Shown here: positions 13,501-28,600 of the stretch, piece after piece | Numbering within the stretch: position 1 is the first letter of the stretch | How the letters are laid out: each line of letters opens with the position of its first letter | DNA from: Bugula neritina | Taxonomy: Eukaryota > Animalia > Bryozoa | Direction: 5' to 3' | Length of the DNA stretch: 64,000 nucleotides | Assembly: GCA_964035545.1 (NCBI GenBank) | Contig: OZ037768.1 | Location: forward strand, 7,720,741-7,784,740 | Program-made: the position numbers and the translations under genes | The notes under the pieces: model-generated | The model's input: only the letters and a program-made list of their open reading frames with translations | What the model was told of the DNA's origin: nothing | Databases searched by the model: none

Positions 13501-16500
13501 AAATTAATCAACATGTAAAAGTTTATGTATTTAACATGAGCCAGATAAAAGTGAAATCCTATAGTTGCTCTTCAAGTAACATCCTCATTCCTACACAACA
13601 AGGAACAACCAAAGCTTACATACTTTTGTTTGTATCACATTTCTATACATGTACTTCTGTATAGCACTTGCAAGGAATATATGCTATACATAATATCATC
13701 TGTATTACAGAGAGAGAATTGTCCATGCCCTAGCAGCTAAACCCAATGTGTTTGATACTCCCCAACTCTTAGCCAAGTTTAAATCTGAAGGTTTGAACAC
13801 CACCGAGCACTCGAAGGAGATCCACGACACGTTGACATTAGTAGGTCTACCTAACGGAAAGAGGTGCTGGGCTCTTCGTCCTGAATATTTCGGAGAGGTT
13901 GATGTGAACTGGAGTTTTTACTCCGAGACTGATAAGCAGTTAGTGAAGAGGTAGGTTTGTTGGTTACATTTTCCAGTCTTCCACTGCCACTTCTGGGTGG
14001 CCGTTTTTCCCAATCTTATCTGCTTCTAGAGGAAGTTGTTGAGTGTGTAATGGACATACCAGTTACTTTCCAAGCTTCATGCAAATGGATTTTTCATTCG
14101 ATGTTTGGGCAGTTGCATTGAATGAGACCACAACCATAGGTTCATGCAAACCACAGCCACAAATTCATCCATTCCCAAATGTGAGGCATAGAAACAGTGA
14201 CTGTGGGGCATAGAAACGTAGTGACGGACTGTGGGGATTGTGAATATTATGCCGTTTCATATTGCTTGGTCTGGCACATGTGCACTTTCTCAGTTTGACT
14301 GCAGCCAGTTAAAGTGGTGTCAACAGGTTAAAGTTATATCTCAATCTGCTCTGAGCCAGTCTACCTGCTCAGCTCAACTTGGCTCAGTCTCAGACTATTC
14401 GATCCATCCACTGAAACGCACCAGATCTGTCTGGGCTCGGCAACTCTTACAGACTTGCACTAAAGAGAAAGTAGACTGCTTGTGAAAACTTACATAGGGT
14501 GACAAAATAGCCCATTATTACTTACTAGTGTTAATTTCTACTAGTGTTATCAATGTTTGTATTGAATAATCAAAATAATCATTCTCTTTCATACTATTGT
14601 AACATAATTATAAACAAGTACAATATTAAGATAGGCTGTTAGAGTTTGCTTTTAAAATTTAAAATTTCTTTTAAAAGTCCCTAGAGTTGTTAAGAAGACT
14701 GCCTCTAACCAAGTTGGCAACTTGGTTCTGAGGAATTCTACTTGTATGAGCAAGTATGGCCGACATCACTAGTGGTCCTACTGGGAGTCAAACCAGTTAA
14801 TTAGCAACTACTAGGTGGTCTAACCACCCGCTACTCCCTGATTACGACAAACTTTGAAAGCACCAGAAAATTCTTAGTTTTACATTAATAAGTAGTCAAT
14901 TTAGTTTTAGAAAGAACTTATTTCATCCCCTAGTTGACTTTAACATAAGCTATTGTAAGCTGATGTATACTGAATACAGAGTGAAACTTTGCACCACTTG
15001 TTTGCTGTCTAATAAATCCTGTCAGTGAAATCATGTAGGCCTGTGCATGTAGTGTTACTTTCCATCTTTCACTTCACACTTTCTTGTCACAGCCTAATGT
15101 TTGTTGTTAGGAATATGTCGTTATCCCTTTTCCAAGTGTGAATTTTATATCAAGTTGTAAAGCATCAGCATTATTGTGTGAAAAATCTATCATGGAATGA
15201 CACTTTGACAAAGCCATCTGTTTCCGAAACTGAAACGGAATTACCTTATTTTAAACTGGCCTGACTTCCTATTCCTTACTTTCATGGACAAACTAGATAT
15301 AGTCTGTAACTTTCTCACTGCTAAACTGGTTGTTGCTGTACAGATGTCCTTTTACACCGGCATAAAGTTGTGCAACAGTTTAGATGGCTGTTTACCTGGC
15401 ACGTTGCTGTTACATCACCACATGCTACATGACAAGCTAGATTGCAGTTTGATAAACAAGCTTCCAGTTGTAGTATAGCTTGTATATAACAATATTTAAT
15501 TGACAAAATCACCTAATCTATTGAAGTTAAGGACCATTTGTTCACGTGAATTTCTCACATCCTCTATTATAGTATGTTTGGTAATATTTGATGCTTATTA
15601 TATTCTGTTACGTTGCACTATTGTAGGAACCTGAATCGTCCAATCAGCAGCAGTGTTGCTAGTAGTATAGCTGGAACAGCCACAAGTTCCAGTGGTGTAA
15701 GACCTGTTGTAGCCGTCCACCCCACCTCCGATACTTCAAAGAGGGTGAGCTGTTTTTCTCTGCTGTAATACAATGAATACGTCACACTGACTGCGTTGGC
15801 ATCTAAGAGTCTATTTTGTCTAGACAAGTTTGTTTTGGGTAGACTAAGAGCTCATTCACCTTACAGCCATTAGCATCTCTCAAGGTCACAAGGTCACGAT
15901 CTGCTCCAACTTGTCCCAGCTTAAGCTCCGTTAGCTGCACTGAATGTGAAATCCTTTTTAATTGGTTAATATTTTACACTCTTGTCAACTTCTAATGCTC
16001 ATCAGCATACTGCGGTTCTCTTGTCTGGTAAAGAGCTCTTAAATTGAGCATTCTTTGGCCCAAACTACCCGTAAGGCCTCAGGTATGGACTGTAACACCA
16101 GTAGTTCTATGGTATGGGTCTATAGGAAGTATATTATATACACAGTGTACAATAGCCTACATGTATATTCATATATGATTCACATATCTCTACTCCACAG
16201 CTTGGAGACAGTACATGGTCACGTTCACTACAAGTAGCTTGTAGCACTTAGCACCTTGTGTTCAGTTTGTGAACCTTGTACTCTGTCACATATTTCACAA
16301 TACTAGGCTGGCTAAGCTGTATATAGGTATAGTATACTGGGCACCTGCGTCAAAGGGTCAAAGGTCGTGACAACAGCTACGCCTGTAGTGACGTCACTCA
16401 GTTGCGTCTAGTTGTGGATTTTGTCTATAGCATTCTAGGAATTGTTAAACAAAACATATGCCAAGCTACCATGTTCAGAGTTGAAGGATATAATATTATG

Positions 16501-19500
16501 AGAATAGAGTGACACGAATACTAACTTTCATCTTCTCTACTTGCATGTAGAAAAAATTGCTTGTTTTTTCAGTTTCTGGCCATTTCTTAGAGATAAGTCA
16601 AATTATATAATAAAGGCTATTACTTTTTTGCTTATGGTGATTCTAAATAGGCAAATGATGAACCAGATAAGTTGAAATCCAATCAATTGTAGCGCAAGAT
16701 CTATAGACGTTACTATGGCATCCTATAGTCTATAGAGTATACAGTATAGATTATAGAGGGGGGAGGGGCTTTTGCTTAGTCAAATTTTATTGCCTTCTTA
16801 AGAGTCAAAAACTCTGTACAGCGTAATAAGAAAAATTAAAAGCAATTTTAGGTTTTAATAGTCAATTGCCGTGTTTAAAATTCTTGACAATAAATCAAAT
16901 TAGTAATTTCTCAAGTGTTTATATAATCGTGGTATTTAGAATGGTTTTATAATATATCTGAAGCGCAGCTGCTGGTCAAATAAGAAGTAGTATTTTATAA
17001 CCAATAGCCTACCAGTTACTCTGCAAGCTGTGCTCACTTTCACCTGTCATACTGCGATAGTAATTCCTTAAAGCCCATAGCAATCAGCAAGTAATTTAGC
17101 CAGCCTTGATTTATGTCATACCTTCCCAGGGACATATTCCCCTGATAATTTGCCCATTTAAATCAGTTATGACGCCAAAGGAGACTAATTAAGTTTTACT
17201 AAAAAGCTTTTCAATATAGGGAAGAATGAAAAATGTAGCTGCGATTCCAAGTAAGCTATTTCGATTTCGAAAATAGCCTTTCCCCTCCTAAAAGGAATAT
17301 TTCTTGGGGATTTTTTTTAAATGACCTGGTCTCAATGATACTTCCGTTTGGTGTACACCCTGAAGGAGATACCCTCTATCTGCTGTTGGCCAGTGTCCAC
17401 CTTGACACTGACTTAGTTGCATCATATCGCCATGCTGACTTTATCTCACCTGTTAACATCTGAGACTGCTGCTTATTAGCAGTTCTGCGTGTGGATAAAG
17501 TAACTAGTTGCAATGGCAGATTGTGAATGTTTTAGATTAGAATATAAATTAGTTCACAATATTCAAGTGAAAAGGTGTTAGTTGACAGCAGTGAGTTCAT
17601 ACTGGGATTCCATTATAAGTTGAATTATACACGCAATCATATATGTCATGCAGAGTAGTCTGTCTGAAATAGACATCTTAGGACTTAGATAGTACAGCTG
17701 AGAGAACCCTGATATGGGAATAGGCATGAAGATTCTGCTGAAAATGAAATGCATACAAACCAAAGATCTTCCTTATTGTCTAATTTCTTTCAATCAATAT
17801 TCACTGCAAAAATATATAATTGTCTAGTATTGTTTTATTTCTACTTGTTCAAAGTGGAAATTTCTAGTCACTGAAATTCTTGAAAGTTCAAATGGTTTGA
17901 GGGCACCAGAGTCATTGGCTTAATATTTTCTACAGGTGTGGATCATTAATACTTGTGTCATTTTATCGCATCACTGCATGCTTTTGCAAACATAGTTTCG
18001 TAGGATTTGATGAAAAGCCTGTCTGTAATTTCTTGGAATTGTATCTCTGTATCATAGATAAGCTGGCTTGTATATAGGAGTTGTCTTCTTACTATTTACT
18101 GCTCCTTTATAACTGAAATATTAGTTGGAATGCAGTGTAAAGCGTACAGTCCTAGTGCGGTTATTCTGTCTAGTTGTCACCAAACTAAAACCTATGGGTT
18201 TTTGACCGTTTATTAGCAGATACAGATTCTACTGTTTGTCTCCTGCAACATATGGTGTGCTCATCACCCTTAGTATGATAGTATGACATTATATAGCAAG
18301 TGCCTGTACCCCTGCCATTTGTATGCAATATGACCTTGTATAGCAGGCACTTTTATAGCCTGACACTTTCATACAATGTTACCTTATGTACCAAGCACCT
18401 GTACACTCTGCCACCTCTAGGCAGTATGGTCTTGTATAGCAGGTACCTGTACACCCTGCCACCTTTATCACATTGTATTTTTATTTAATTGTAGAAAACA
18501 TCTGATGACAGAGATCCAGACTTGCCTCTGTTAAAGAGGGATAGACTAGATCCAGGTGAGAATTCTGCACATGGTGCCCTGCAGCTTGTTTGTGGTGACA
18601 TTGAGGGACCCCCTCCACCCCTTTGTACTGTGGCTCAAGTAGTCCTTAGTGGAGTCCTTGAGAGCAATTATGTTAATGGACCAGGTTGCTCAATTTAAGT
18701 TTGCTCAAAGTACTACTGTTCTTTAGCCCTTCAGCGACAATGTAATTTGTGTAGGCTGGCAACTTGGTGATACATTTCAACCAATTGCTAACAGAGTTTC
18801 TATTCCCTGCCATCTCTAGGGAAAGTTGGTTTGTCTTAGGATTCAGATTAAGCTAAAGTACCAGCAGAACTTGCGGTTTTAACTGTTCAACCTATTTACA
18901 CATTACCGTTGCATTTTTATTATAATTATATAATTGTTTAGTTTATGCAAAATTATTTTTGCATCTCTTTTATGGCGGGTGTTATTATAGCGAATTAGTA
19001 GTTGGTTTGAGAAACTTGTATAATTTCTATAAATTAAGACCTTCCCAGTTCTTCACCCCATTCTGCCCATAGCAATTTATATAGTCCACAAAGTGCAGTA
19101 TAATTACTATAGTACTGTCACCTTAATCAGCTTCATAGCCGGTCCAGTATAATTTATAGCTGCATTATTTTTCATAACTGTAAGTGAATTGGCTGCAAAC
19201 ACCCAGTAGCTTCAGTTGCTGGTATTACCATGTCACAGGCTGGTATTACCATGCCACAGGCATGGGCACTACATGCAATATGTTTGTCTGCCTTTTCACA
19301 ACTACCAGACGCCAGATGTTAAATCCCAGATATTCAACATGATTTCTTCCGGATCTTTACGGTACAACAAATCCTGAATGATTCATGATGAAAATATTGA
19401 GTTGTCTCCTCTTGCTTGCTTACGTGATGCCTTTCATGTGAACCTTTTGCCAACCAAATATTTAACTTGATGTAGATTTAGCTACCTGTAGATGGTATCA

Positions 19501-21893
19501 GTTTTATTCTATCTTTTGCAGATTCAGTGAATGAAGATTTTATGGAGTAAGTATTATTTATGATGATAACAATCTTGGAGTGATATATTTCTGTGTGGTT
19601 TAGTTGCATAAAACTACACATTGTAGATCCAACTAGTGAAAGCCTTCATCAGCTTGATTTCTCATACGAGCTATAGTGGGTGGTACCCTTTTACTTATTA
19701 GCTAGCTGGGAATACCAACACCCAATACTAATTAAGACATGCATAGAAATTTCAGTCTTAAAACAATTTTAATTCTATTGTTCTAATGTTGCATTAATTT
19801 TTATAATTATGCGGTGCAAGACTTCAGAGTTACCATAGAAATTAATTTGTTCTCTAAAAGCTTAATGTTTTCAGGATAGAGGAACTCGGATGATCATTAA
19901 AATACGATTTAAGAATAATTGACATTCAGCAATTTAATTGACTGCACATAATATCTACCTGAAATGCTGGCAACTTTTTGCAACTAATAAAAGTACACCA
20001 CTTGGCAACTAGTTTGTCGTTTGTTCCACAAAAATGTGTGATGATAAATCAGTCGAAATAGATATTTGCACAATTTCACATCATAGGAGTAAAGTCTTGA
20101 AAGTTTTGTAGTTTAATCGTGGTAGTTGTAAAAATAATGTGACTTTACTCAGCTTTTTTCAAGTTTAGAGACAACTTTTGTCTGTTGGAGAAATGTACAC
20201 TGACCTTGTTCTCTTAGCATTCGTAGCGACTGTGGTGAAGCAAGTAGCTAATAGGCTGAGTAATTGCAGGCAATTAGACACCTATTTCATCACTTCTTGC
20301 AAGCTAGCTGCTTGCACTTGTTTTTGAAGAACAAATATTTCTAGTGCTAAAAGCAAATGGCTTTCTTTACATCCTTGACGTGTTATTGTAAATCATAGTC
20401 TAAAATCTAAATGTTAGTAAAGAAATAAGGAGAAAAGAGTTTTTGCAATGGATTGACGTCATTTCATGTAGCTACTACGTGCAGTCTACAAATGACTTGA
20501 ATTAAATGTTAATTTTGTTTTTATTTTTGAAGTGTAGCAACTGTTTTAAACATTTCATGAATATGAGAGCTCAATGTGCAATAATAAGATTATCAAATGC
20601 TGGTATACGAGTCTCTCTTTTACCAACAAATCATCTGCAACTTAATGAAACACCAGTTTGAGTAGATGTAAAATGAGACAGAAAATAGACAGAAAAGTTG
20701 AGTGGAAGTGCTTTTTGGGTTGTTGTGCTATATACTATATGCTATGTACTATATGCTATACACTATATGCCATGTGCTATGTACTATATACTATGTGCTA
20801 CATGCCATGTACTATATGCTATACACTATGTGCTATATGTTATATGCCATGTACTATAATATACTATGTGCTATATCCTATATGCTATGTGCTATATCCT
20901 ATATACTATAATATATATCCTATATACTATATATAAATTTCAGGAAGTATCCAGATATTAGTTCCTATGATCAGAGAAATAGTTTCAAGAACGACTTTAA
21001 TGATGACTATCCAGAATATATAACATTATTTGAACACTTTAAGAAAAAATATAACGATAAATTTCAACGCTTGGCTGACAGACTGCGTGCCTCTGCACCA
21101 GGTTCAGACGAATACAAGGTAAGTGTATACGAAGTATAGCTTACTTATTTTCTCTGTTAACTTACTGGTGCCCTTTTGGAAGATTCCTAGCTAGTTGTAC
21201 AAGAGAGTTGGTGGTTTTATGGATGGTAGTGGGAAGTAGGACAACTCCTAATATATCTTATATATATCTCTAATGAGGGATTACACACAACATCTTTAGG
21301 CATATTTTAACTAGTGTTTATGATAACACTACTCCAACTAACCATGTGTTGCACCAGAGCTTCCTTTTCTCATAAAAGTAGTATATTCGGTAGATTCAAC
21401 TGGTTAACATGATATTTTGATGAGCACATTTATTCTACTTTCAATCCTGTATTTTTTATGCATGTCAGTACATAGTATGACTGATAATTGTATTAATATA
21501 TAACTAAGTTTGGCACTATTCTTTTAATATTGCAATAACTATTTATTAAAGGGTTGCAAACAAATTAGAGTACGTAAGTTAAACAGTAGCTGCACTGCTA
21601 TTTATACTAATCTAATTGCATATTAGTTGTATTCAGTTGTTTTAGTTATATTAATTTATATTAGTCGTAACACCTTAATTCATAAATTAAATGTTGTGCC
21701 ATGACTGATCCATCAAAAACTATTTTAGAAAATAGAGGAAAAAATTCGAAAGAAACACGCAGAAATAACATTCTCCCATGAATATCGCTCTAAAAAACTT
21801 AGACTGGACTATCTACAACAAAAGCTACATCACATAAAGAAAAAAGTTCAAGAATATGATAGGACTGTTTGGGGCAATGAGGGCATACATTGA
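7543..21893 (+). CDS. ELL: RNA polymerase II elongation factor ELL family protein
   Basis: Exons 7543-7677, 9259-9306, 9406-9515, 10386-10502, 11073-11516, 13711-13950, 15627-15744, 18495-18555, 19522-19546, 20944-21118 and 21729-21893 are all phase-compatible. N-terminus MMALKEGCQYGL...HVKLTD; central RERIVHALAAKP...LLAKFKSEG; C-terminal occludin/ELL domain DFMEKYPDISSYDQR..FKNDFNDDYPEY...YLQQKLHHIKKKVQEYD. Confidence 0.92.
18275..18470 (+). repeat. Degenerate ~48-bp minisatellite (~4 copies) just upstream of the ELL acceptor at 18494
   Basis: Recurrent TGTATAGCAGG(C/T)ACCTGTACAC(C/T)CTGCCACCT-like units; the spurious ORF shows 16-aa periodicity. Confidence 0.75.
20725..20935 (+). repeat. 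7-bp unit tandem repeat (TATRTRC) ending ~8 nt before the ELL acceptor at 20943
   Basis: tatatac tatatgc tatgtac tatatgc tatacac tatatgc catgtgc tatgtac ... Confidence 0.9.
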
Positions 21894-22614
21894 CTGCCGA
21901 TTTACTTCTGCCATGACTGATGGATGATGTACAGTCTTTAAACTACTTCACATGCACAAACTTTTTCTTGCCTTCAGCAACCAAACTATTCAATTTGCTG
22001 GCAAGCCGTTTAGTTATTAGTTTCTAAATGGAACCAACCTGTCCACAGGACTGCATTATATTGTTGACTTTTTCCAGTTTTATAGCAATTATGTAACTTT
22101 TTTCTATTTGATCTGTGCAAGCAAGCTCCTTGTCAGGCTGATGTTAATTTTTTCAACCTAAATGTTATAATTCTTTTAAAAGGCGATGTACTAGTATATG
22201 CCGTTTTTGCAATACTTAGACTTAAACATCCCAAACGGAAATAGTTTCAAAAGCATGGCATGGAGCTTTAGGATATTTAAAGAGGATATAATGAAGCATA
22301 GAGTGAAAATATTGTTGATTATTTATATTTCAGTTCTACATAAAACATTTATCAAATCGGAGTATTATAATTTTTTCATCTGCAACTAAATATAATATAT
22401 AATTTAACAGTTTCTTGTGCACATTATATTTATCGGATACAAAACTTGGAATGTGAATATGTAACAAAAAAGCAGTAATGATTGTCATTTTAAAAACATC
22501 AGATATCAAATAAATAAAAAATGGAAATATTAAGATTGAAATATTGGCAAGTAGAATACAAATTATAATCTAGAATACAATAGTATGGAATGGTAATGGT
22601 TAGAAAGGACAGTA

Positions 22615-25600
22615 TCAATAAGAATCAAACTCGGACAAAGCTCTTATGGGCTCTACTCTGTCGGCCTGTGTTCCCTTTCGAACACGAGCTCTCTCAGCCT
22701 GAGGGTCCTCCATTTTAACGAGAGCTTTCTTTGGCGGAGGTTTCATTCTCCAATGCACTATAGCTCTCTGCAAATAAAGTAAATGCACTCAACTATGGCA
22801 CACACTTGGAATATTATCTATATGCAACAGAAATAGAACTAAATTTCAAGAAGCAATAGATACTGAGAGGAGATGATCAGATGATAACTTGTATTGTAAA
22901 AATAAGCTGATCAGTGATTAATAGTCTTGAGTTATTTAAACCGAAGTCAAAAACTAACCCTATCATAAATATAATGAATTAGTGTCAGACCGATACTGTA
23001 GCAGTCTTTTGAAATCACTGAAAAGTGACTGCTACTTTTTTTAGAGATCCAGCTACTTATAATTACTTTCCAACGTATAACTTACATAACAACTGATATC
23101 ACATGGGTAACTGATACAGATTGTATGTAGTATGATCACCTACCTGTCTCCCCTTGTATTTGGTGGATGCTACATATGATGCCTTCACTGCGTACACCAC
23201 TGCATTCATCAAGTTCTTCGCTGCCTGTATCAATGACGTTGCGCTATCCAACTGTAAGATGATACCATTCGTGAACTATTGAGAACATTCTTACTGAAAC
23301 TGACCAAGTTTTCATCAACACAAATATTTATCTATTCGCAAGCTGAATCCTCTTGCTTAGATATCTGCGATTCACAAACTAAGAGTTTTACACAGGAGAA
23401 AGACTTAATATGCAATATATATAACAGATCTATAACACACTTAACCAACAGAAAATACTAATAGATATGCCATGCTACTGATATAGCTTTTAAACACACA
23501 GCACACTTGATGGCACTCCAGAGTTGAAAGTAGGACCCCGGAATAATAGGGATATTGGTATTTTATTGAACTGTAATATTGATACTTACACCAGACACAA
23601 CCAATTCTCCCTCTATATTCTGAATGTCTGCCTTTACTTTACTCGTGATATTAAGTTGGTGGCAGCAAAGGATGATACGACCAAGATAGGCCACCAAATC
23701 AGTCTTGGACCTTGAATCTGGACACTGAAACCATAGATAAAACATTCTAAAGATATGACTGCATTTCCTTTCCTTCGCATTTCGCAAATGAATGCTCGAT
23801 GAATTTGTAGTTGCGGTTTGCATGTTGTGTTTTCATTCGATGCAACTGTTTTTCAACATCGAATGGAAAATCCATTTGCATAATGCAAAGCTTGGAAAAG
23901 TAGTGTTTAATACCATAAAACTTGTTCATGTAACTTGCTTAGTTTTACAGCCAGTCCACTATCTGCAGCTTCAAACAAACCTAACTGGCGTAGAATATTT
24001 TTGTCTTGCAGTTTACTACCACCTTGTAATTGATAAAATTTACATAAATTTGATTTTCATTGGACACTAGGAATTCACTAATTAATATACCAAAAATGAT
24101 AAACATTCATAAAAGGCCCGTCTTAAAATTGCCATCAATCTTAAAATCTAAAGGCACAATGCTATAAAATGGATCAATTTCAACCAAGGAGTGTTTGAAG
24201 TGGCATTTACTGTTCTCAAGACTGAAGTACTGTGTGAGTGAAACTAAAGCTTTTTATACAAGAAAGAGAACTTCCAAATAATATTATAAAGGAAAAAACA
24301 TAGTTCACCTATAGGCAAATACTGGTACTTTACTACAAAGGTCTAATGGAGGAGACAACTACTGACAAAGTAGGAAAATTTGATGCAATTTTTTAATATT
24401 TAATTTTTTCCTTTCAAATACACTGAATAACTAAAAGCTCTATAAAGACCAGTCTGAACATCAACAATGTGTTGCTAAATTCTAAAATTTTACTAAAAGC
24501 TGCCACCAGAATTTGACAAGTCAACATGTAGGCAGCATATCACAGACTGGAAGAACACACTGTTATGAGTTAAAGGAGCTGCCACTGGCACCATACAAAC
24601 ACAGCCTCACCTCATCTGCTATTTTCTGGCATAATTCATTCAATTTAGTGCCAATCTCTGAGATTCTCTTAGCAGCATTTATCACATCCTTGGTAGTTTT
24701 GAGAGGCCCCCTTCCTCTGCAATATGGCATATTATCAAATTATCTTCAAGTTTCAAAATAAAGTTACATATATTTTACTCACACACACATTATCATATAT
24801 TCCACATACTAAATTACAATTTCCTCCTGCACTGTTGCAATACACAATAATCACCTAGTAAAATCGGTCATTTCCATCATAATTATACACATCTGCTTAG
24901 CGAGCATAATGATGTCATTTCCTCTAGAATCCCACTTGGCAATCTCCATGTCCAACTTCTTCTTTTCTTCTCTGAAAACAGCAATTTGCTCCTGAATAGC
25001 CTCTTTCTCTTCAGCTGGAAGTTCTAACATCCAGGCACGGGCAGTTTTACCCTCAATCAAGTCTTCTTGGGGAATCATGGCTAAAATCAAGTTAAAAAGT
25101 GACGCAGTGATGCAAACAGGTCAACTATAGAGTACACAGCAAATATGTCATAAACCAAATTCCTTAAAATAAATGACAAGCTAACCAATTAACAGTACAC
25201 CAATATAAGTTCAGGTAAAACCTTGGTTCAGATTTCAGTTTTATAAATAAAGGGAAGATAACTACCACATGTAACCACAGCCCACTATTGAGACAATAAT
25301 GTAACAATAAAACATATTGCAGCCTGTAAATACCAATAATGATCATTACAGCCCAACTAACACATAAGCTGAGAAATTTATAGACAAGTTCTAACCTGTC
25401 ACCAGTGAAGGTTCTAAGGATTAGAGGAACATTTCTAGCGTTTTAAAAAAGCAACGTAAGTGCATTTCATTAGTCAGAAGGAGTGTTGACACTGAGTTTA
25501 AAACAGCGCATGTGCTCGTTTAGAAGGCAATTAAACGTTGAGGGAAAATATTACTAGCATTCTACCGAACACCCACTACCATAATCCAACAATCATTAAA

Positions 25601-28600
25601 AAGCGGTGAATTGCTGAATTATTCAAATCATTGTATATCTACCATCAATATAATTCTCCTGGCTGAACGGATAGTCATCTTGGTCATACACAGAATTGTA
25701 CTTTAAGTACATGTAGTCTAAACAATCAACAACACTAAATAGCATTACTGACAGTAGTTTATATATGTAGCTTATAATGAAAGGGGAAACATGTTTTCAA
25801 ACACATAGGCCAAAGCATGACATCTTTTACAATAAAATGAGTTTGGAATCAAGCCATCAACTGAGAAGACATAATATTTAACTAGGTATGCTGAGTCAAA
25901 CGATACAATAGGCAAAGTAAATACATATTTTAAAGTAGTTTAATAGTTACATTTAGGCACTAAATTAAATCATGCAGCAAACTACGTACCTGCATTATCA
26001 TCATATCTGTCAGAAAAGTGTACAGTGTGCGGTTCAGGTGATCCATATGAACCTTGCACATTCCCTGCTGCTGTTAGCTGAGTATTATACTGATCATAAC
26101 CTCTGGCCTCATAACCATCCGAGTACTGGCCACCACTGCCACTATACTGACCACCCTCTATCAATTCAACATCAACATGTTAGAAATTATATAGTCTGAA
26201 GTCTCATACTTGAGTTCTCAAAGTTAGCAGATGTTCTCTACAGCTCCACTAAACATTAAACATTGTCATGTCCAATATTGGTTACGGTGTCTTAGAAAAC
26301 AATAACTTACATTAAAATAAACTGAATTCATTCATTAGCACTTCATCTGACAATTCAGTTGATATGAGCTATAAATCAAATTTATTCATACATTATTATT
26401 GTGCTCTAAAGTAATAATTTTTTAGTAAATTTGGGTGTGGGGAGATGATGAAAAAAGCATCACGCCCTCCCACACCCAAATTTACTAAAAAGTTAGGATA
26501 AAACTTAGAAAATCAAGCAAAATTAGACAAAAAGCTTGATTATTCAGCTGTATTTGTTAATATTTTATCAGTTTAATGCAAGAAACTATGTATATACATT
26601 AGCTGCTCAACTGTAAAAAATAGCTAAAACCTATAGATATATAGTGTGTACTAGGTTAAGTAAAATGACAGATAAATCATTAATTTCATTTCTTGCAGGC
26701 TTGTTGACAACTTTGCTTGAGAGAATGCCCATGTGTTTGTAAGTCAAATAAACACTTGAGCCACATCAGCTAGGCCAGCGACACCACATATTGAAGCACC
26801 CACCTTGGTATAGGGGTTCATATCTGTCTATTTTAGCGTAGTTACTATCACGGAGTTCACCGCCATGGGGTGCAGGACTCATCACCCGCATATTTTGAAA
26901 ATCCTCCTGAATGTCATCGGATTCCGAGTCCAACTCTTCTGGTTTCTAAAGAGAGAATAACTCCGTCATATAACTGCTATGCTATGTTGTATTGGAAAAT
27001 ATGCGCTATGCCTTATTAACAAATAATCAATCAAATGTCATAAAAGAATTAACAAAATATAGGAATGAATTTCTTAACATTTGCTTGTAGTAAATAAATT
27101 ATATAGAAATAATCTGTACCAGGAAATAACTTTCTCTGTTTTGCAGCGTTAACGAAATTAACATGCTTATGGTATGTGAAAAGCTCAATCTACTTGATAA
27201 CATTATTTATAAAAATTTATTTTTAAAATAGTTAAATACTGGAGTTCTTCATAGAATAATAAAAGCATTTCAATTGGTTGACTAGGAGACACCTGTAGCC
27301 AATGAGATGCTTTCACAGAGACAGTAAACTGAGTAAACACTTCCAATAATCATGACCACTATTTATCATGTAAACTAAAAAAGTGCAAACCCAATATTCA
27401 TATCATTAAGTTCTGCAGAATACAAGATTGTCAACACTGTTGGCTGAATTCTCAGACTAAGTTTACAATCCTGTTTACATTTCACCAGCTAGTAGGTGAC
27501 ATCACGTGATCAAATAGCCAACATGAATCTAGCGTACAACATCACATACAGAAGTGCCACTACCACAGCTTGCCTGTCATTGCAGAGTAAAGTATCAGAA
27601 GTACATACCCGGTTCATTAACACTGCTCGGCGTATATCTCTGGTGCCGTCATACACCAGCTGAGCTGCATACACAAAGTCATTGTAGTCCACATCTTCAC
27701 CTTTACCTGCGGTGAGCGAGGCCACAGCCGCCTGCACATGCTGCACATAGTTAGGCATCACTGCAAACATAACACACATAAGGGATAAAGAATATTTTTA
27801 CATCACAGCAAACAGGTTACCAACAGCATGCAGAAAGTATCAGCATCTTAATATTCGTGAAAACTAGTCTTACAAAACATCTACAGAATGACAAGAGCTT
27901 TAGAAATCTATGAGAATGACATGCAGCCAATGGAAACCCACCTTGATCCCTAAGCATGTATATGGAGTCCATCACACGATCAGTATAAACGCCAGGTTGG
28001 TAGTTGTCCATCTCCGCTGTGACAACATTACATACTCTAGCACACCGCCCTCTGATGGCACTGGCCGTTCTATCCAAAGCTTCGGCATCACATTCAGTGA
28101 GAGAGGAAATGCATCTGTTGACATCCTCAAGGATGTGTCCTTCTGCAACATTATGAGTCAAGTTATGAGTCAACAGATGATTCAACAGATAAATCAACAG
28201 ATGAGTCAACAGATAATTCAACAGATGAGTCAACAGATAATTCAACAGATGAGTCAACAGAGGCAAAGTTGAGTGGAAATTCTTACAAGCTGTAAAAGTG
28301 ACCAAAACTATGAATTGCATACTTTGTCAAATTCATACAGACAAATGTTAATAATGCTTAGCTGCAATACGTTAGTTTGGTACATAAAATGTGTAAAAAG
28401 TATACTGGATGCAACAAATTTTAAAAAGTACAAAAAGTTATACGTAAAATGCAAATCAATTTTTTTATATAAAAATATGACTAATTCTAATTTGGATGAT
28501 GACTCCTCCCCACATTTCTCAAATAACGGTCCAAACAAGTGTTATCCCTTAATCATTGTGAACAGTCTCTACTTTTGCTAAAAAATATTCTTCAATTTAT

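Noticed and set aside
16650-16760. Intronic C/D snoRNA candidates (ATGATGA at ~16655 and ~19385)
   Set aside because: No appropriately spaced CTGA D box or terminal stem seen.
20658-20936. Cys/Tyr-rich ORFs
   Set aside because: Translation of the 7-bp intronic repeat.
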